From contig OY763927.2 of the NCBI GenBank assembly GCA_963667665.2, positions 800,001-864,000 of the forward strand: a stretch of DNA of 64,000 bases, read 5' to 3'. Positions 21,136-30,493 of the stretch are shown here, in pieces. The stretch is from Nitrosopumilus sp. Lineage in GTDB: Archaea > Thermoproteota > Nitrososphaeria > Nitrososphaerales > Nitrosopumilaceae. The notes beneath the pieces were generated by a model. That model was not told where the DNA came from. It worked only from the letters and a program-made list of their open reading frames with translations, and made no database searches. How positions within the stretch are numbered: the first letter of the stretch is position 1; each line of letters opens with the position of its first letter. The position numbers were made by a program, and so were the translations under genes.

Positions 21136-21588
21136 TCAGCAGTCAGTCATCCCTTTTTCAAGCTTTCTTTTTAGAGACTCACCGTGCCTCCAGCTCCACA
21201 TATCAACTAGGACCAGTTTGTATCTGCAACCGACAGCAGTATCAAGTATCGCATTTTCGGCTGTTCTGCCAAGAGGTGTGTGTGACTCAACGTAGAACGC
21301 CCCCTGCATAAATCCGATTCTTACTATGCCCAGTTTCATAAAATAATGTAAAGGTTGTAGATCACCGCAGTCTATTTTGAGTACCCGTATGATCTTTTCT
21401 GCCACAAACGAGTGATAGTTTTCAACATGGTACACGGCACCGTTTGGAAAGACAAATCCGAACACATTGTATTTTTTGTCCGCATATTTCCTTTTCATGA
21501 TTTTCTCGATTTTTGCAATCAATGTTGTATTTTTTGGTACATGTGTGTTACGCATAATGATTATGCCGTCAGAATTACGTGTAGTCAT
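21136..21588 (-). CDS. Hypothetical protein, tandem paralog B
   Basis: Full-length similarity to 20721..21134, both ending LKRKLE.G. Confidence 0.7.
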   Translation of the reverse strand: MTTRNSDGIIIMRNTHVPKNTTLIAKIEKIMKRKYADKKYNVFGFVFPNGAVYHVENYHSFVAEKIIRVLKIDCGDLQPLHYFMKLGIVRIGFMQGAFYVESHTPLGRTAENAILDTAVGCRYKLVLVDMWSWRHGESLKRKLEKGMTDC

Positions 21589-21806
21589 GATGTCCTCTCA
21601 AAGATTAATTTGGACTCGCCAATAGTGTAATCATCAAACTCGTCTATATTGTAGAAACCCGGCTTGAAATAAATATCAGGAAACTCATTATAGACTCTAA
21701 CAATTACTGGACTGAGTATAGTAATAGCATCTGATATACCTTTTACAGTATGAACTATTATTATTTCTGGTTCTGTGAAGTTATCGAGACCTAGGTTATG
21801 GATCTT
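21585..21806 (-). pseudogene. Startless 3' gene fragment coupled to paralog B
   Basis: 73-codon open frame KIHNLGLD...KLIFERTS* whose TGA overlaps the ATG at 21588. Confidence 0.45.
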
Positions 21807-21824
21807 CTAAGGGTTAAAATTTGA

Positions 21825-22595
21825 TTATCTAATTGTAAATGATTCTGAATACAAATATCTGTCAGAGTGACTTCCAATTGGAGATGATTGATGCGTGTAA
21901 CTGATTTTATGAACACCAGCTGTAAAATCACCTGTTATTTCAAAACTACCCGTAAATACACCATCATGTATGTTGCATTCTGTTCTTTTATCGATAGTAT
22001 GATGATAGTATTTGCCAAACTCAATAGGAGTTTCATAATCTCTCCAATTGTTAATTTCTACGGGATACTGTGTTTCATCATAAGGATAGTATCCCATACA
22101 CCCACCAAGTCCATCTATAGTTTTTCTTTCATTTTCTGGCGTTATTATTATAATATTGATATTTTCCTGAGAGGGATAAATCACAGTTCCGTTTATCAGT
22201 TGTTTTGTAAGTGCGCCCATCAATTTCCCTGTCACATAAACAGTATCACCTAAACTGTAATCTTGCTTATCCGTAGTAATATATGGTAATTCTACATTCT
22301 GATGTTTTATTTCTTGTTGTGGTTGAGTAATATCATCTGTTTGAATAACACTCTTTTCTTCTTCAAGATGTTCTATTTCTTGTTTCAATTCAAACACTTC
22401 TTTTTCTAAGTTATGGATATTTTTCTCATAAATTTGGAATTTATTTTCTACCCATTTCTTGTATTTTTCCATGTAATCTTTGTATGATTCAAGATAGTCT
22501 TTCCATTCTTGTAACATATCACGTTCGGCATAGGCATCACTTGTTGCAGGAATGAAGAATAAAATCAGTAATGGGATAACTATTTTTTTATTCAA
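21825..22595 (-). CDS. Secreted coiled-coil plus Ig-like hypothetical protein
   Basis: Signal peptide, heptad region, TTDKQDYSLGDTVYVTG motif. Confidence 0.7.
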   Translation of the reverse strand: MNKKIVIPLLILFFIPATSDAYAERDMLQEWKDYLESYKDYMEKYKKWVENKFQIYEKNIHNLEKEVFELKQEIEHLEEEKSVIQTDDITQPQQEIKHQNVELPYITTDKQDYSLGDTVYVTGKLMGALTKQLINGTVIYPSQENINIIIITPENERKTIDGLGGCMGYYPYDETQYPVEINNWRDYETPIEFGKYYHHTIDKRTECNIHDGVFTGSFEITGDFTAGVHKISYTHQSSPIGSHSDRYLYSESFTIR

Positions 22596-22599
22596 TTCA

Positions 22600-22836
22600 T
22601 CAAGAGTCTATAATATCCAAATAGATTATATCATCAGAACGAGAATACATTGCTTTGTAGTCCTTATTGCTTCCCATTATAGTTCCTTGTGCATTCATGA
22701 CTTCTTCTCCTGTTGCATTAACATCTAAAAATTTCAACCATACACGATTAAAACAAAGCATAAAATGTTCTTGACTTGAAGATCCTAATTCGTGAAATTT
22801 AGAGCTGAAATCTTTTGGCTTTTCTAGATTAACCAT
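22600..22836 (-). CDS. Small hypothetical protein, weakly RelE/ParE-like
   Basis: C-terminal YKAMYSRSDDIIYLDII; start overlaps the stop of an upstream fragment. Confidence 0.4.
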   Translation of the reverse strand: MVNLEKPKDFSSKFHELGSSSQEHFMLCFNRVWLKFLDVNATGEEVMNAQGTIMGSNKDYKAMYSRSDDIIYLDIIDS

Positions 22837-22949
22837 CTCTGAGTTCGGCTACAAAATCTTTAAAACAATTTGACTTTGTAGTATCCCCTAGTGTTTTTTT
22901 GAAAGCTTCTAATTCTTCTTTTGTGCTGGATTCAAATATTTCTCACATA

Positions 22950-23306
22950 GATAGCCCATTTTTTCCCAATCGAAATTTACTCCTTCTTACAATTGCTGCA
23001 TCATATGCATATCAAAATTCCATAAACATTGTTTCTATAGGATTATTAGATAATATGATTTTTCCAGACCAAAATAAGGAGTTTGTAAGTAATGCTGAAA
23101 AAACCATATCAATAAGTCTTGGACAAGAAATTAAAATTCTCACACCGTTAATTGAATTAGATAAAAGAGAAGTGGTGGGTTTAGCAAAAAAACATAAAAT
23201 TCCATTAGAATTTACTTATTCTTGTTACTCAGGAAAATCACTACCATGTGGCAACTGTAAAGCATGTGTAGAAAGAAAGTTAGCTATGAATGAACCAGTT
23301 TTATAA
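22950..23306 (+). pseudogene. queC: QueC-family (7-cyano-7-deazaguanine synthase-like) protein, C-terminal half only
   Basis: FPNRNLLLLTIAASYA, FPDQ, TPLIELDKREVV, TYSCY...PCGNCKACVER; N-terminal SGGxDS PP-loop absent. Confidence 0.85.
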
Positions 23307-23341
23307 AAAAATTCTATATACTTTGTATTTAGATAAATAAT

Positions 23342-23563
23342 ATGGGAGCATCAGGAAGTTTTCATTATGATCCAAATTCAAATTCATCAGAAAAGAAATT
23401 TGATTCAGCTACATCAGATGCTGAAAGATTTTCTGATCGCCCATCAGGAACAAGAAATGTTTTCATTAGTTTTCATGTTGAAGACGAATCACAAGTGAGA
23501 TTTTTTACAACAATTGAGATAGTTCTAGATCTTGTCACACTACAAATCTTAAACAATGATTAA
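23342..23563 (+). pseudogene. TIR-domain (ThsB/DUF1863-like) protein, N-terminal fragment
   Basis: RNVFISFHVEDESQV matches TIR beta-A/alpha-A; similarity lost after ~23500; N-terminus MGASGS. Confidence 0.65.
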
Positions 23564-23603
23564 AAAAGATATAGTATGAATTGTAGGAATCAATACTTCT
23601 AAT

Positions 23604-23780
23604 CTATTTATTGAGAAATTCCTTGATTTTCTTTAGATTTGTAACATTTGATTCATGAAACATTACCATAGATTCTGCAAGTGAGTTTGGTAAGACATTT
23701 TTAAGATTGGCAACGAGTTCATCGCCGCCAGTAATCATATTATCAATGAGTTTTTCAATCTCATTTTTCTCATCAGCCAT
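23604..23780 (-). CDS. Small helical hypothetical protein (58 aa), absent from the ORF track
   Basis: MADEKNEIEKLIDNMITGGDELV...KEFLNK*, directly downstream of the Lrp gene. Confidence 0.65.
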   Translation of the reverse strand: MADEKNEIEKLIDNMITGGDELVANLKNVLPNSLAESMVMFHESNVTNLKKIKEFLNK

Positions 23781-23802
23781 TTGAGGTATATAGGCACTAA
23801 TC

Positions 23803-24036
23803 CTAATTATCTTTTTTTATAAGAGTTGCAGTAGAACGAACTTTTGGTAATTTTTGAATATTCCAAGAAACAATCTCTCTTATTTTTTCAAAATTATCTG
23901 CTTGTAATTTTACCATCATATCATGAGTTCCAATTGTTTCAAAGACATCTTTAACTTCTTCAAGTTCTTTTAGTTTTTCAATAATTTCAGCTTCTGCACC
24001 TAACTCACAATTTAACATCACATATGCATCAGTCAT
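23803..24036 (-). CDS. Lrp/AsnC ligand-binding-domain protein
   Basis: AYVMLNCELG...GTHDMMVK...VRSTATLI. Confidence 0.9.
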   Translation of the reverse strand: MTDAYVMLNCELGAEAEIIEKLKELEEVKDVFETIGTHDMMVKLQADNFEKIREIVSWNIQKLPKVRSTATLIKKDN

Positions 24037-24085
24037 GAATTAAACCAATATTCATGATTATTTAAATCAGGAGAATTTTAGAATC

Positions 24086-24742
24086 TTACCAGGTTACATG
24101 AACTAGATCTTTGAGGTTTCGTCTGGGTTTTGGGAATTTTGTTTGTTCTGGATATCCAATACACAAAACAGATGATGGAACTAAATCGGTTTCAATAATA
24201 TCCATTACCTTTTGTTCATCAAACATACCAATCCAGATTGAGCTTAATCCTAATGCTTGAGCTGCTAACTGAGAATACCCCGCAGCCAAGGTTGCATCTT
24301 GTATGGCAAATTTTTTAAGAACATAATCAGGAAAATCAAATTTTACTCTAGACGGATTTTTACAGAAAATCAACACAACAGGGGCGTTAACATAAGGTTG
24401 TTTATTACATGCCTCAACTAGAAGTTTTTTCTTTTCTGGACTTTTAAGATAAAAGATTTCAAATCCCTGATAGTTTCCAGCAGTAGGTGCAGTATCAGCT
24501 GCTGCAATTACTTTGTCAATTTTTGTGGTTTCAACGGGTTTATCTGAAAATTTTCTTGTTGAGCGTCTCTTTGCCATGACTGCAAACAAATCGGTGTTTA
24601 CAACTTCTTCAGTTGGACCAGACTTTAAAATAAAGTCAAGTAAGTGGTTTCTTACATCGTGATCAGTTGATTCAGGGGATTCTTGAGGTTCATAACCTTG
24701 AGGATATATTTTATCACCAGTTTTTTTTGCATCCATAAACAA
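24086..24742 (-). CDS. Nitroreductase family protein
   Basis: RRSTRKF, APTAGNYQ, LGLSSIWIG, IGYP. Confidence 0.92.
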   Translation of the reverse strand: MFMDAKKTGDKIYPQGYEPQESPESTDHDVRNHLLDFILKSGPTEEVVNTDLFAVMAKRRSTRKFSDKPVETTKIDKVIAAADTAPTAGNYQGFEIFYLKSPEKKKLLVEACNKQPYVNAPVVLIFCKNPSRVKFDFPDYVLKKFAIQDATLAAGYSQLAAQALGLSSIWIGMFDEQKVMDIIETDLVPSSVLCIGYPEQTKFPKPRRNLKDLVHVTW

Positions 24743-24780
24743 TTTACAAAATATATCGTATTAAAGACTTGAAAACTAAA

Positions 24781-24966
24781 TCATTCAGCTTCAAAACTAT
24801 CACAACCGGAATTACATGGTTTGTTCATTACACCCTCACATTTTCCTAATTCATTATGCATTATTCTATGATGCCCACAGATTTTACATTTTTCTCGAAA
24901 ATGTGCAATTAGTTCAGCAGTAGAAATTTTTGATTCCTGTATCCTTGATTCGGTTTGTTGTGTCAT
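24781..24966 (-). CDS. Small Cys/His-rich hypothetical protein
   Basis: CKICGHHRIMH...C...C..GC. Confidence 0.6.
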   Translation of the reverse strand: MTQQTESRIQESKISTAELIAHFREKCKICGHHRIMHNELGKCEGVMNKPCNSGCDSFEAE

Positions 24967-25014
24967 ACAATATCACTAATACTATTCATCAAATGATTGT
25001 AAATAAAAAGATCA

Positions 25015-25033
25015 ACGCCGGGAAAGAGACTTG
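25015..25033 (-). repeat. Degenerate direct repeat of the tRNA-Ser 3' end (putative att site)
   Basis: acgccgggaaagagacttg versus acgccgggaaagggattcg at 28744-28762: first 12 identical, 16/19 overall. Confidence 0.65.
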
Positions 25034-25156
25034 CTCAATTTGTTCAACGCCCTTGCCATATTACAAAGTTTCTAGGCGTGAATTTATTCAATATCATCAC
25101 AATTATGGTTCATAGATCAAGAGTTGTTTAGCGAATATTGGATAATCTTGTATAGA

Positions 25157-26338
25157 TTATTGAATTAAGTAAGACATAGCAGAATTTGGTGAAAGACTAG
25201 TTTGATCCTGTAGTGAATTCCAAACAAAGGTCTCAACTGTATAGTTCCCAAATTCTGTTGGAGTCCATGATTGAGACAACTCTAGACTCTGATTTGATGT
25301 TAGTTCTCCTAGAATCCAGGACAAGAAAACCACCGCTTCTTCTTGATCTTTTATCTGTATAATGTATACAAAGGGTTGATCATAATTTTGATTGTTACGA
25401 ATCATGCCAACAACTTGAATCTGTTCGTTAATTATTGGTTCTATTGGAATACCTAAACTATCAGCAAAGAAAACATCTTCAACTGAAATTCTTTGAATAG
25501 GGGGAACTTCTGATTCAAGTTTTGACTTTATTTGTATATCCAAGTCGTCTTGTATGCTATATGGGGAAGGAAGTGTGTTATCTTCGTATTTTGCATAAAT
25601 TGAATCATTTGGAATAGCAAATAACCGATTGCCACTTGAGACACTAGTCTGTGTAAAAGAAATTAAAGCTTCAAACAATCCCGAATCATCTTCTGTCTCT
25701 ATTGCATCAACAAGAATTCCTGCCACATCAGAATCAGATGAAACTTTTACTTCAATTCGGTCTATAGCCTCTGGATTAAGATTCATATCAAGATCAATTA
25801 CTTTAATTTTAGCAGTCTCTCCAACCAAGAAGATTGATTTGTCAAAAATTATTTCTCCTATATTCCAACTTATCATTGCAGAATGAGTTAGAACAACACC
25901 ATCTGCAAATTCAAATGATACCGTTATTCCTCCATCTCGCTCAACCTCCAAGAAACCATTAGTTGGACCAGTTCCAACTGTACGTGGGTTAGTATCTGAA
26001 TTTCCGTCATCATCAACATCATGTAAAAAACCAGTAAGAATTATCTCACCTGTAAATACACCACTATTTGGTTCAGTTTCTGTTAATTTGTATGGTTCAA
26101 GTGAATGTTTAGCAGTGTAAATCTTGATCAAGTGACCATCTTGAGTACCTATAGAATCAATACCATACTTGTTGGCATTCCAACTTGGTGCAACCACTGT
26201 TATGGATATTTTATCAGTCCAAGTGTATACTTCCTTATCGGTAAAAATTGGGGCATAGGGATTAAAATAATCAGGAACTTCTTCTGCGAATGCCGATAAT
26301 ACAAGAAATGGTAACACTGAGAGAGTAATTACTAACAA
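25157..26338 (-). CDS. Secreted S-layer-related protein
   Basis: Signal peptide; two ETE..SG.F repeats; C-terminal SQSWTPTEFGNYTVETFVW Ig-like domain. Confidence 0.7.
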   Translation of the reverse strand: MLVITLSVLPFLVLSAFAEEVPDYFNPYAPIFTDKEVYTWTDKISITVVAPSWNANKYGIDSIGTQDGHLIKIYTAKHSLEPYKLTETEPNSGVFTGEIILTGFLHDVDDDGNSDTNPRTVGTGPTNGFLEVERDGGITVSFEFADGVVLTHSAMISWNIGEIIFDKSIFLVGETAKIKVIDLDMNLNPEAIDRIEVKVSSDSDVAGILVDAIETEDDSGLFEALISFTQTSVSSGNRLFAIPNDSIYAKYEDNTLPSPYSIQDDLDIQIKSKLESEVPPIQRISVEDVFFADSLGIPIEPIINEQIQVVGMIRNNQNYDQPFVYIIQIKDQEEAVVFLSWILGELTSNQSLELSQSWTPTEFGNYTVETFVWNSLQDQTSLSPNSAMSYLIQ

Positions 26339-26713
26339 TTTTCTAGAATTAATTTATCACAATTTGATTTAATGGTTTACCAAATTGTTAATCCTGTATA
26401 GATTATCCAAAATAATTCATTATACAATTATGATGGGATTCTATTTTCTTCTTATCCAATCCCATTCAGGACGTTCATTTTGTTCAGGTTCTATTCCAAG
26501 AACTCTTTCATGGAATTCATAGATAAATTCGTCTAGATCTTCATCATCCATATGATTTTCATAATAATTTTAGTATATAACAAGTATTATGTTCAAAACA
26601 TGACACACATTATTAGCTATTTTTACCGTTTTGAAATTTGAAAATGTTACAAATTAGAGTTTAGAATCTAAAGCTTGTAACGTACCACTAAAACAATTTC
26701 AAATTCAGACAAG

Positions 26714-27583
26714 TTATGTTTCTCCTGATGAGTAAAGCACTTCAGAAATTATTCTAGAAGCCAAATGAGACGTTCTATCTTTTATATCAAAGCTGGGACA
26801 AACTTCCATAACATCCATTCCTACAATTCCTTTCTTTGCTATTTCTTTTAACAGATAAACCGCATCTGTACTACTCAAACCCATAGGGACTGGAACTGAA
26901 ACACCTGGAGCATAGGCAGGATCAACACAATCCATATCAAATGAAATGTACACTTTATCACCTAATTTGTTCAGGATTGAATTTGCTACTTGTTTGATTC
27001 CTTTCTTTTGTATATCAAAAGGAGTAATTACTTCTAGATTGAATTTGTTAATATTATCCAATTCTTCTTGCTCGGGAGTTCTAATTCCTATTTGAACACT
27101 AGAGGCAATTTCAACATTTGAAAGTATATCATTTACCACAGAGCCATAGTAGTTTGTCATTGAACTTACAAAGTCAGGATGAGCATCAAAATATACCAAA
27201 GAAATTTTCCCATGTTTTTTTGTTATTGCATTAATTATTTGTCGAGTAATGGAATGATCACCTCCAATCGAAATAGGAATTTTTGAAGATGCAGATATCT
27301 TATCATAAATGCTTTCAATCTGAGAACGAGTAATGTTTCCAAAGTCATGAACTTTTTTTTCAGAGCCTTGAAAGGGACGCCCAAGAGAGATTTTTCCATC
27401 TCGTTCAAAAGAGTCACGGAGATTGGAGATTTGACGAATTTTGAATGGTGCTTCTTCTGTTCCTTTTCTTAACGCATGTGACTGTGATTCATCAGGAATG
27501 CCAATGATAACAAATTCAGATTGTTCAAAATCATCTGTATTTGCCCAACAAATTTTTTCCATAATATTATAATTGATGTTCAA
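26714..27583 (-). CDS. speB: Agmatinase/ureohydrolase family protein
   Basis: GGDHS, DAHPD, SFDMDCVDP, EVCP Mn-binding motifs. Confidence 0.85.
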   Translation of the reverse strand: MNINYNIMEKICWANTDDFEQSEFVIIGIPDESQSHALRKGTEEAPFKIRQISNLRDSFERDGKISLGRPFQGSEKKVHDFGNITRSQIESIYDKISASSKIPISIGGDHSITRQIINAITKKHGKISLVYFDAHPDFVSSMTNYYGSVVNDILSNVEIASSVQIGIRTPEQEELDNINKFNLEVITPFDIQKKGIKQVANSILNKLGDKVYISFDMDCVDPAYAPGVSVPVPMGLSSTDAVYLLKEIAKKGIVGMDVMEVCPSFDIKDRTSHLASRIISEVLYSSGET

Positions 27584-27772
27584 TCAGCATTTAACTCAAA
27601 TCTCTCTGCAAAAATTTTGGATTCTATTGAGTGTTGCTCAAAAATAATTAACATTCAAAGACATTCTAGATATAAATTAAAAAAAATGTGAAAAAGAGTT
27701 TAGAATCTAGATTACAATAAAAAATGAGACGTTTAACGTCCTTATTACTTAGAAATTAAACGAGAATCATTA

Positions 27773-28027
27773 TTAGAATCCAATTTTATCTAGTAAAAAA
27801 TTTAGAATATAACTACTTTTTACATTTGTTCTATGAACGGACACTGACGCCATTTGGTGACATTTGTTCTCCATAGGCATTTCATAGAATCCCTGTTTTG
27901 TTTTTTGGATATTTCTGAATTGTTCTTTTTTTATTGCCATCTCTAAATCTATGATTATCCTTTCTTCTTTTAACATCTTTCTTAATTTTTGTTCTGGTGA
28001 TCGTATTTTTGACTTGCCTGGCATCAT
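27773..28027 (-). CDS. Hypothetical protein
   Basis: 84-aa ORF co-oriented with islet genes. Confidence 0.4.
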   Translation of the reverse strand: MMPGKSKIRSPEQKLRKMLKEERIIIDLEMAIKKEQFRNIQKTKQGFYEMPMENKCHQMASVSVHRTNVKSSYILNFLLDKIGF

Positions 28028-28116
28028 ATTTCCTAATTCAGTAAATACAACTTAAGACCATGTCTGTCTCAAAAAAAACAGTACAGATTGAAAAACAGTG
28101 TTTAGAATCTAATCTT

Positions 28117-28307
28117 TTAGATTACTGAAAAAGAAATACCAAAAATGATATCTATTATCAGTAGAACAATTCCTAGCTTTAGACAATTCTTAGCCTTAAT
28201 TGGATCATCTTCTTTTATTACAAACCATGCTATGACACCACCAATAATACCGAAAAGTATTGGTAAAAGATACCATAAACCTGAGACCTTCTTTTTTCAT
28301 CACTCAT
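28117..28307 (-). pseudogene. Small two-TM membrane protein with a 1-bp frameshift
   Basis: MSDEK / KVSGLWYLLPILFGIIGGVIAWFVIKEDDPIKAKNCLKLGI; one extra A in an A6 run restores the frame. Confidence 0.6.
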
Positions 28308-28473
28308 TTCCTTTTCACACAACCCAATAACGTGAATCTTTTACTTAACTTGGATCACAATTATTACAGGTTTCATTCCTTAGTATACACTCCACATTTA
28401 CTGCATCTAGGAATAAATAAAAATCAATCCTATTACAGCAAGAGCAACTCCAACAATTGTAATTATTTGATTT

Positions 28474-28701
28474 TTATCCAATGAATTGATTTGAATTGTA
28501 CGGGTTTAAGCTTAACCGAAAGATCTTTTGATCAATAGTTTCTACAATAACTAGTGCGATAATTATTACAGTTTCATATTTTTCAAAGAGTCTGTATTCA
28601 GGAGCTGTAACTATTTTCTTTAGTTCCCTAAACTGATTTGTAAGTCTGCTCTTGTAGTAGTAATCGCTAACTGGTTTCTGGTTCTTGCTCTTCTGCTTCA
28701 T
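28474..28701 (-). CDS. Hypothetical protein
   Basis: 75-aa ORF just 3' of the tRNA. Confidence 0.4.
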   Translation of the reverse strand: MKQKSKNQKPVSDYYYKSRLTNQFRELKKIVTAPEYRLFEKYETVIIIALVIVETIDQKIFRLSLNPYNSNQFIG

Positions 28702-28744
28702 AGTTGATCTATAGGGGAGTAAGGGCGTTTAACTGAATATGTTA

Positions 28745-28826
28745 CGCCGGGAAAGGGATTCGAGCCCCTGCACGCTTGCGCGTAGCCGTTTTCGAGACGG
28801 CCGCCTTACCACTTGGCTACCCCGGC
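28745..28826 (-). tRNA. tRNA-Ser(CGA)
   Basis: GCCGGGG/TCCCGGC acceptor stem, GCCGT-CTCGAAA-ACGGC anticodon arm, long variable arm, G discriminator, no encoded CCA. Confidence 0.93.
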
Positions 28827-28908
28827 ATCTAGTCTGAGATTTTCTCTATAATAAAACAAGTCAAATGTGAAGGACAAACACAAAATAGCATAAATTACAA
28901 CGAATTCT

Positions 28909-29931
28909 ATGGGACTAAATCTAAAAGACTTGGTAGTAAGAGAGAAAACAAACCTAGAAGCATTTTCAACTAAAATAATTGCAATTGATGCATACAATGC
29001 GATCTATCAATTCTTAGCAAGCATTAGAGGCCCAGATGGATTACAGTTATCTGATTCTGAAGGTAGAATCACTAGTCATCTAAGTGGTCTGCTTTACAGA
29101 AATGTCAACTTTCTATCTTTAGGAATAAAACCAGTTTATGTATTTGATGGTAAACCACCGTCACTAAAAACAGCAGAAATTGAACGTAGAAAACAAATTA
29201 AAAAAGATGCAACTATCAAATATGAAAAAGCAATCGCTGATAGAAACATGGAAGATGCAAGAAAATATGCACAGCAAACAACCAGTATGAAAGATGGAAT
29301 GGTAAAAGAATCAAAACAACTTCTAACATGTTTTGGAATTCCATTCATAGAAGCAGCATCAGAAGGGGAAGCAACAGCTGCACATCTAACTAACACAGGA
29401 CAAGCATATGCCTCAGCAAGTCAGGACTATGACTCTATTTTATGTGGTGCAAAAAGATTGGTAAGAAATTTCACTAATAGTGGAAGAAGAAAATTACCAA
29501 ATAGAAACACCTACATCGATATTGTTCCAGAGATTATTGAAACCCAAAAAACACTTGATTCATTAGGATTTACAAGAGAACAGCTTGTGGATGTTGGAAT
29601 TTTGATTGGTACAGATTTTAATCCAAATGGTTTTGAAAGAATTGGTCCAAAGACTGCACTAAAAATGATCAAACAACATTCAAGATTAGAGGACATACCT
29701 CAAATTCAAGAACAATTGCAAGAAATTGAATTTCAACAGATACGAAAAATCTTTTTGGAACCAAAAGTCACAGAAGTAGATGAGATTATTTTTGATAAAG
29801 TAGACTATGAAGCAATAACAAACTATCTTGTAAAAGAGAGAAGTTTTTCAGAAGATAGAATTCAGTCAACCTTGAATAGATTAAAAAAAGCATTAGAGAA
29901 AAAGAGTCAAAATCTAGATCAGTGGTTTTAA
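28909..29931 (+). CDS. fen: Flap endonuclease 1
   Basis: [36 protein letters not shown]-box QNLDQWF. Confidence 0.97.
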   Translation: MGLNLKDLVVREKTNLEAFSTKIIAIDAYNAIYQFLASIRGPDGLQLSDSEGRITSHLSGLLYRNVNFLSLGIKPVYVFDGKPPSLKTAEIERRKQIKKDATIKYEKAIADRNMEDARKYAQQTTSMKDGMVKESKQLLTCFGIPFIEAASEGEATAAHLTNTGQAYASASQDYDSILCGAKRLVRNFTNSGRRKLPNRNTYIDIVPEIIETQKTLDSLGFTREQLVDVGILIGTDFNPNGFERIGPKTALKMIKQHSRLEDIPQIQEQLQEIEFQQIRKIFLEPKVTEVDEIIFDKVDYEAITNYLVKERSFSEDRIQSTLNRLKKALEKKSQNLDQWF

Positions 29932-29961
29932 TTTAATAACTAGTCGATCTAATTTTAAAAA

Positions 29962-30492
29962 ATGCCTCAAACTGAAGCAAGAAAAACTCTCAAAGATGCA
30001 CCAATAATGTGGAGAAGGATAAACTCCATTGGAATAATTCTTGATTGTAATTCCACATATGCTGCAAACTTAGGATATGCAAAGTCAGAGATTTTAGGCA
30101 AACCAATCTTTGAACACGTGCCTAAGGAAGCATGGGAAGTAATGAATGACTCTCTAAAAACTTGGTTTGAGACAGGAAAAGTAACGGATAAAAAGATCAC
30201 ATTCAAGAAACTAGATGGAACTACCTTTGCAGGATTATTACAAGCAACAAGTCTTTATGATGAAAATAAAAATCTGCTTGGAAGTAATACGGTAATTTTT
30301 GATTTGACAAATATTACTGATGAAAAAATAAAAGAATATGAAGAATTTTTTAGAGAATCAAATATCAAACTAGATGAAATCAAAGAAAATGATTACGAAC
30401 AACTAGATGAAAACTCAAAATCAGAATATGATGGACTAAAAGAAATGTTTGAAATGCTTTCTGCAATTAATTTAAAAGAATTAAAACAATAA
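29962..30492 (+). CDS. PAS domain protein
   Basis: GIILDCN...LGYAKSEILGK...FKKLDG. Confidence 0.8.
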   Translation: MPQTEARKTLKDAPIMWRRINSIGIILDCNSTYAANLGYAKSEILGKPIFEHVPKEAWEVMNDSLKTWFETGKVTDKKITFKKLDGTTFAGLLQATSLYDENKNLLGSNTVIFDLTNITDEKIKEYEEFFRESNIKLDEIKENDYEQLDENSKSEYDGLKEMFEMLSAINLKELKQ

Positions 30493-30493
30493 A

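Noticed and set aside
22899-23306. queC as a housekeeping archaeosine gene
   Set aside because: PP-loop missing, FPDQ variant, island location beside a TIR fragment
28806-28997. 63-aa minus-strand ORF
   Set aside because: Overlaps the tRNA and the fen start; spurious
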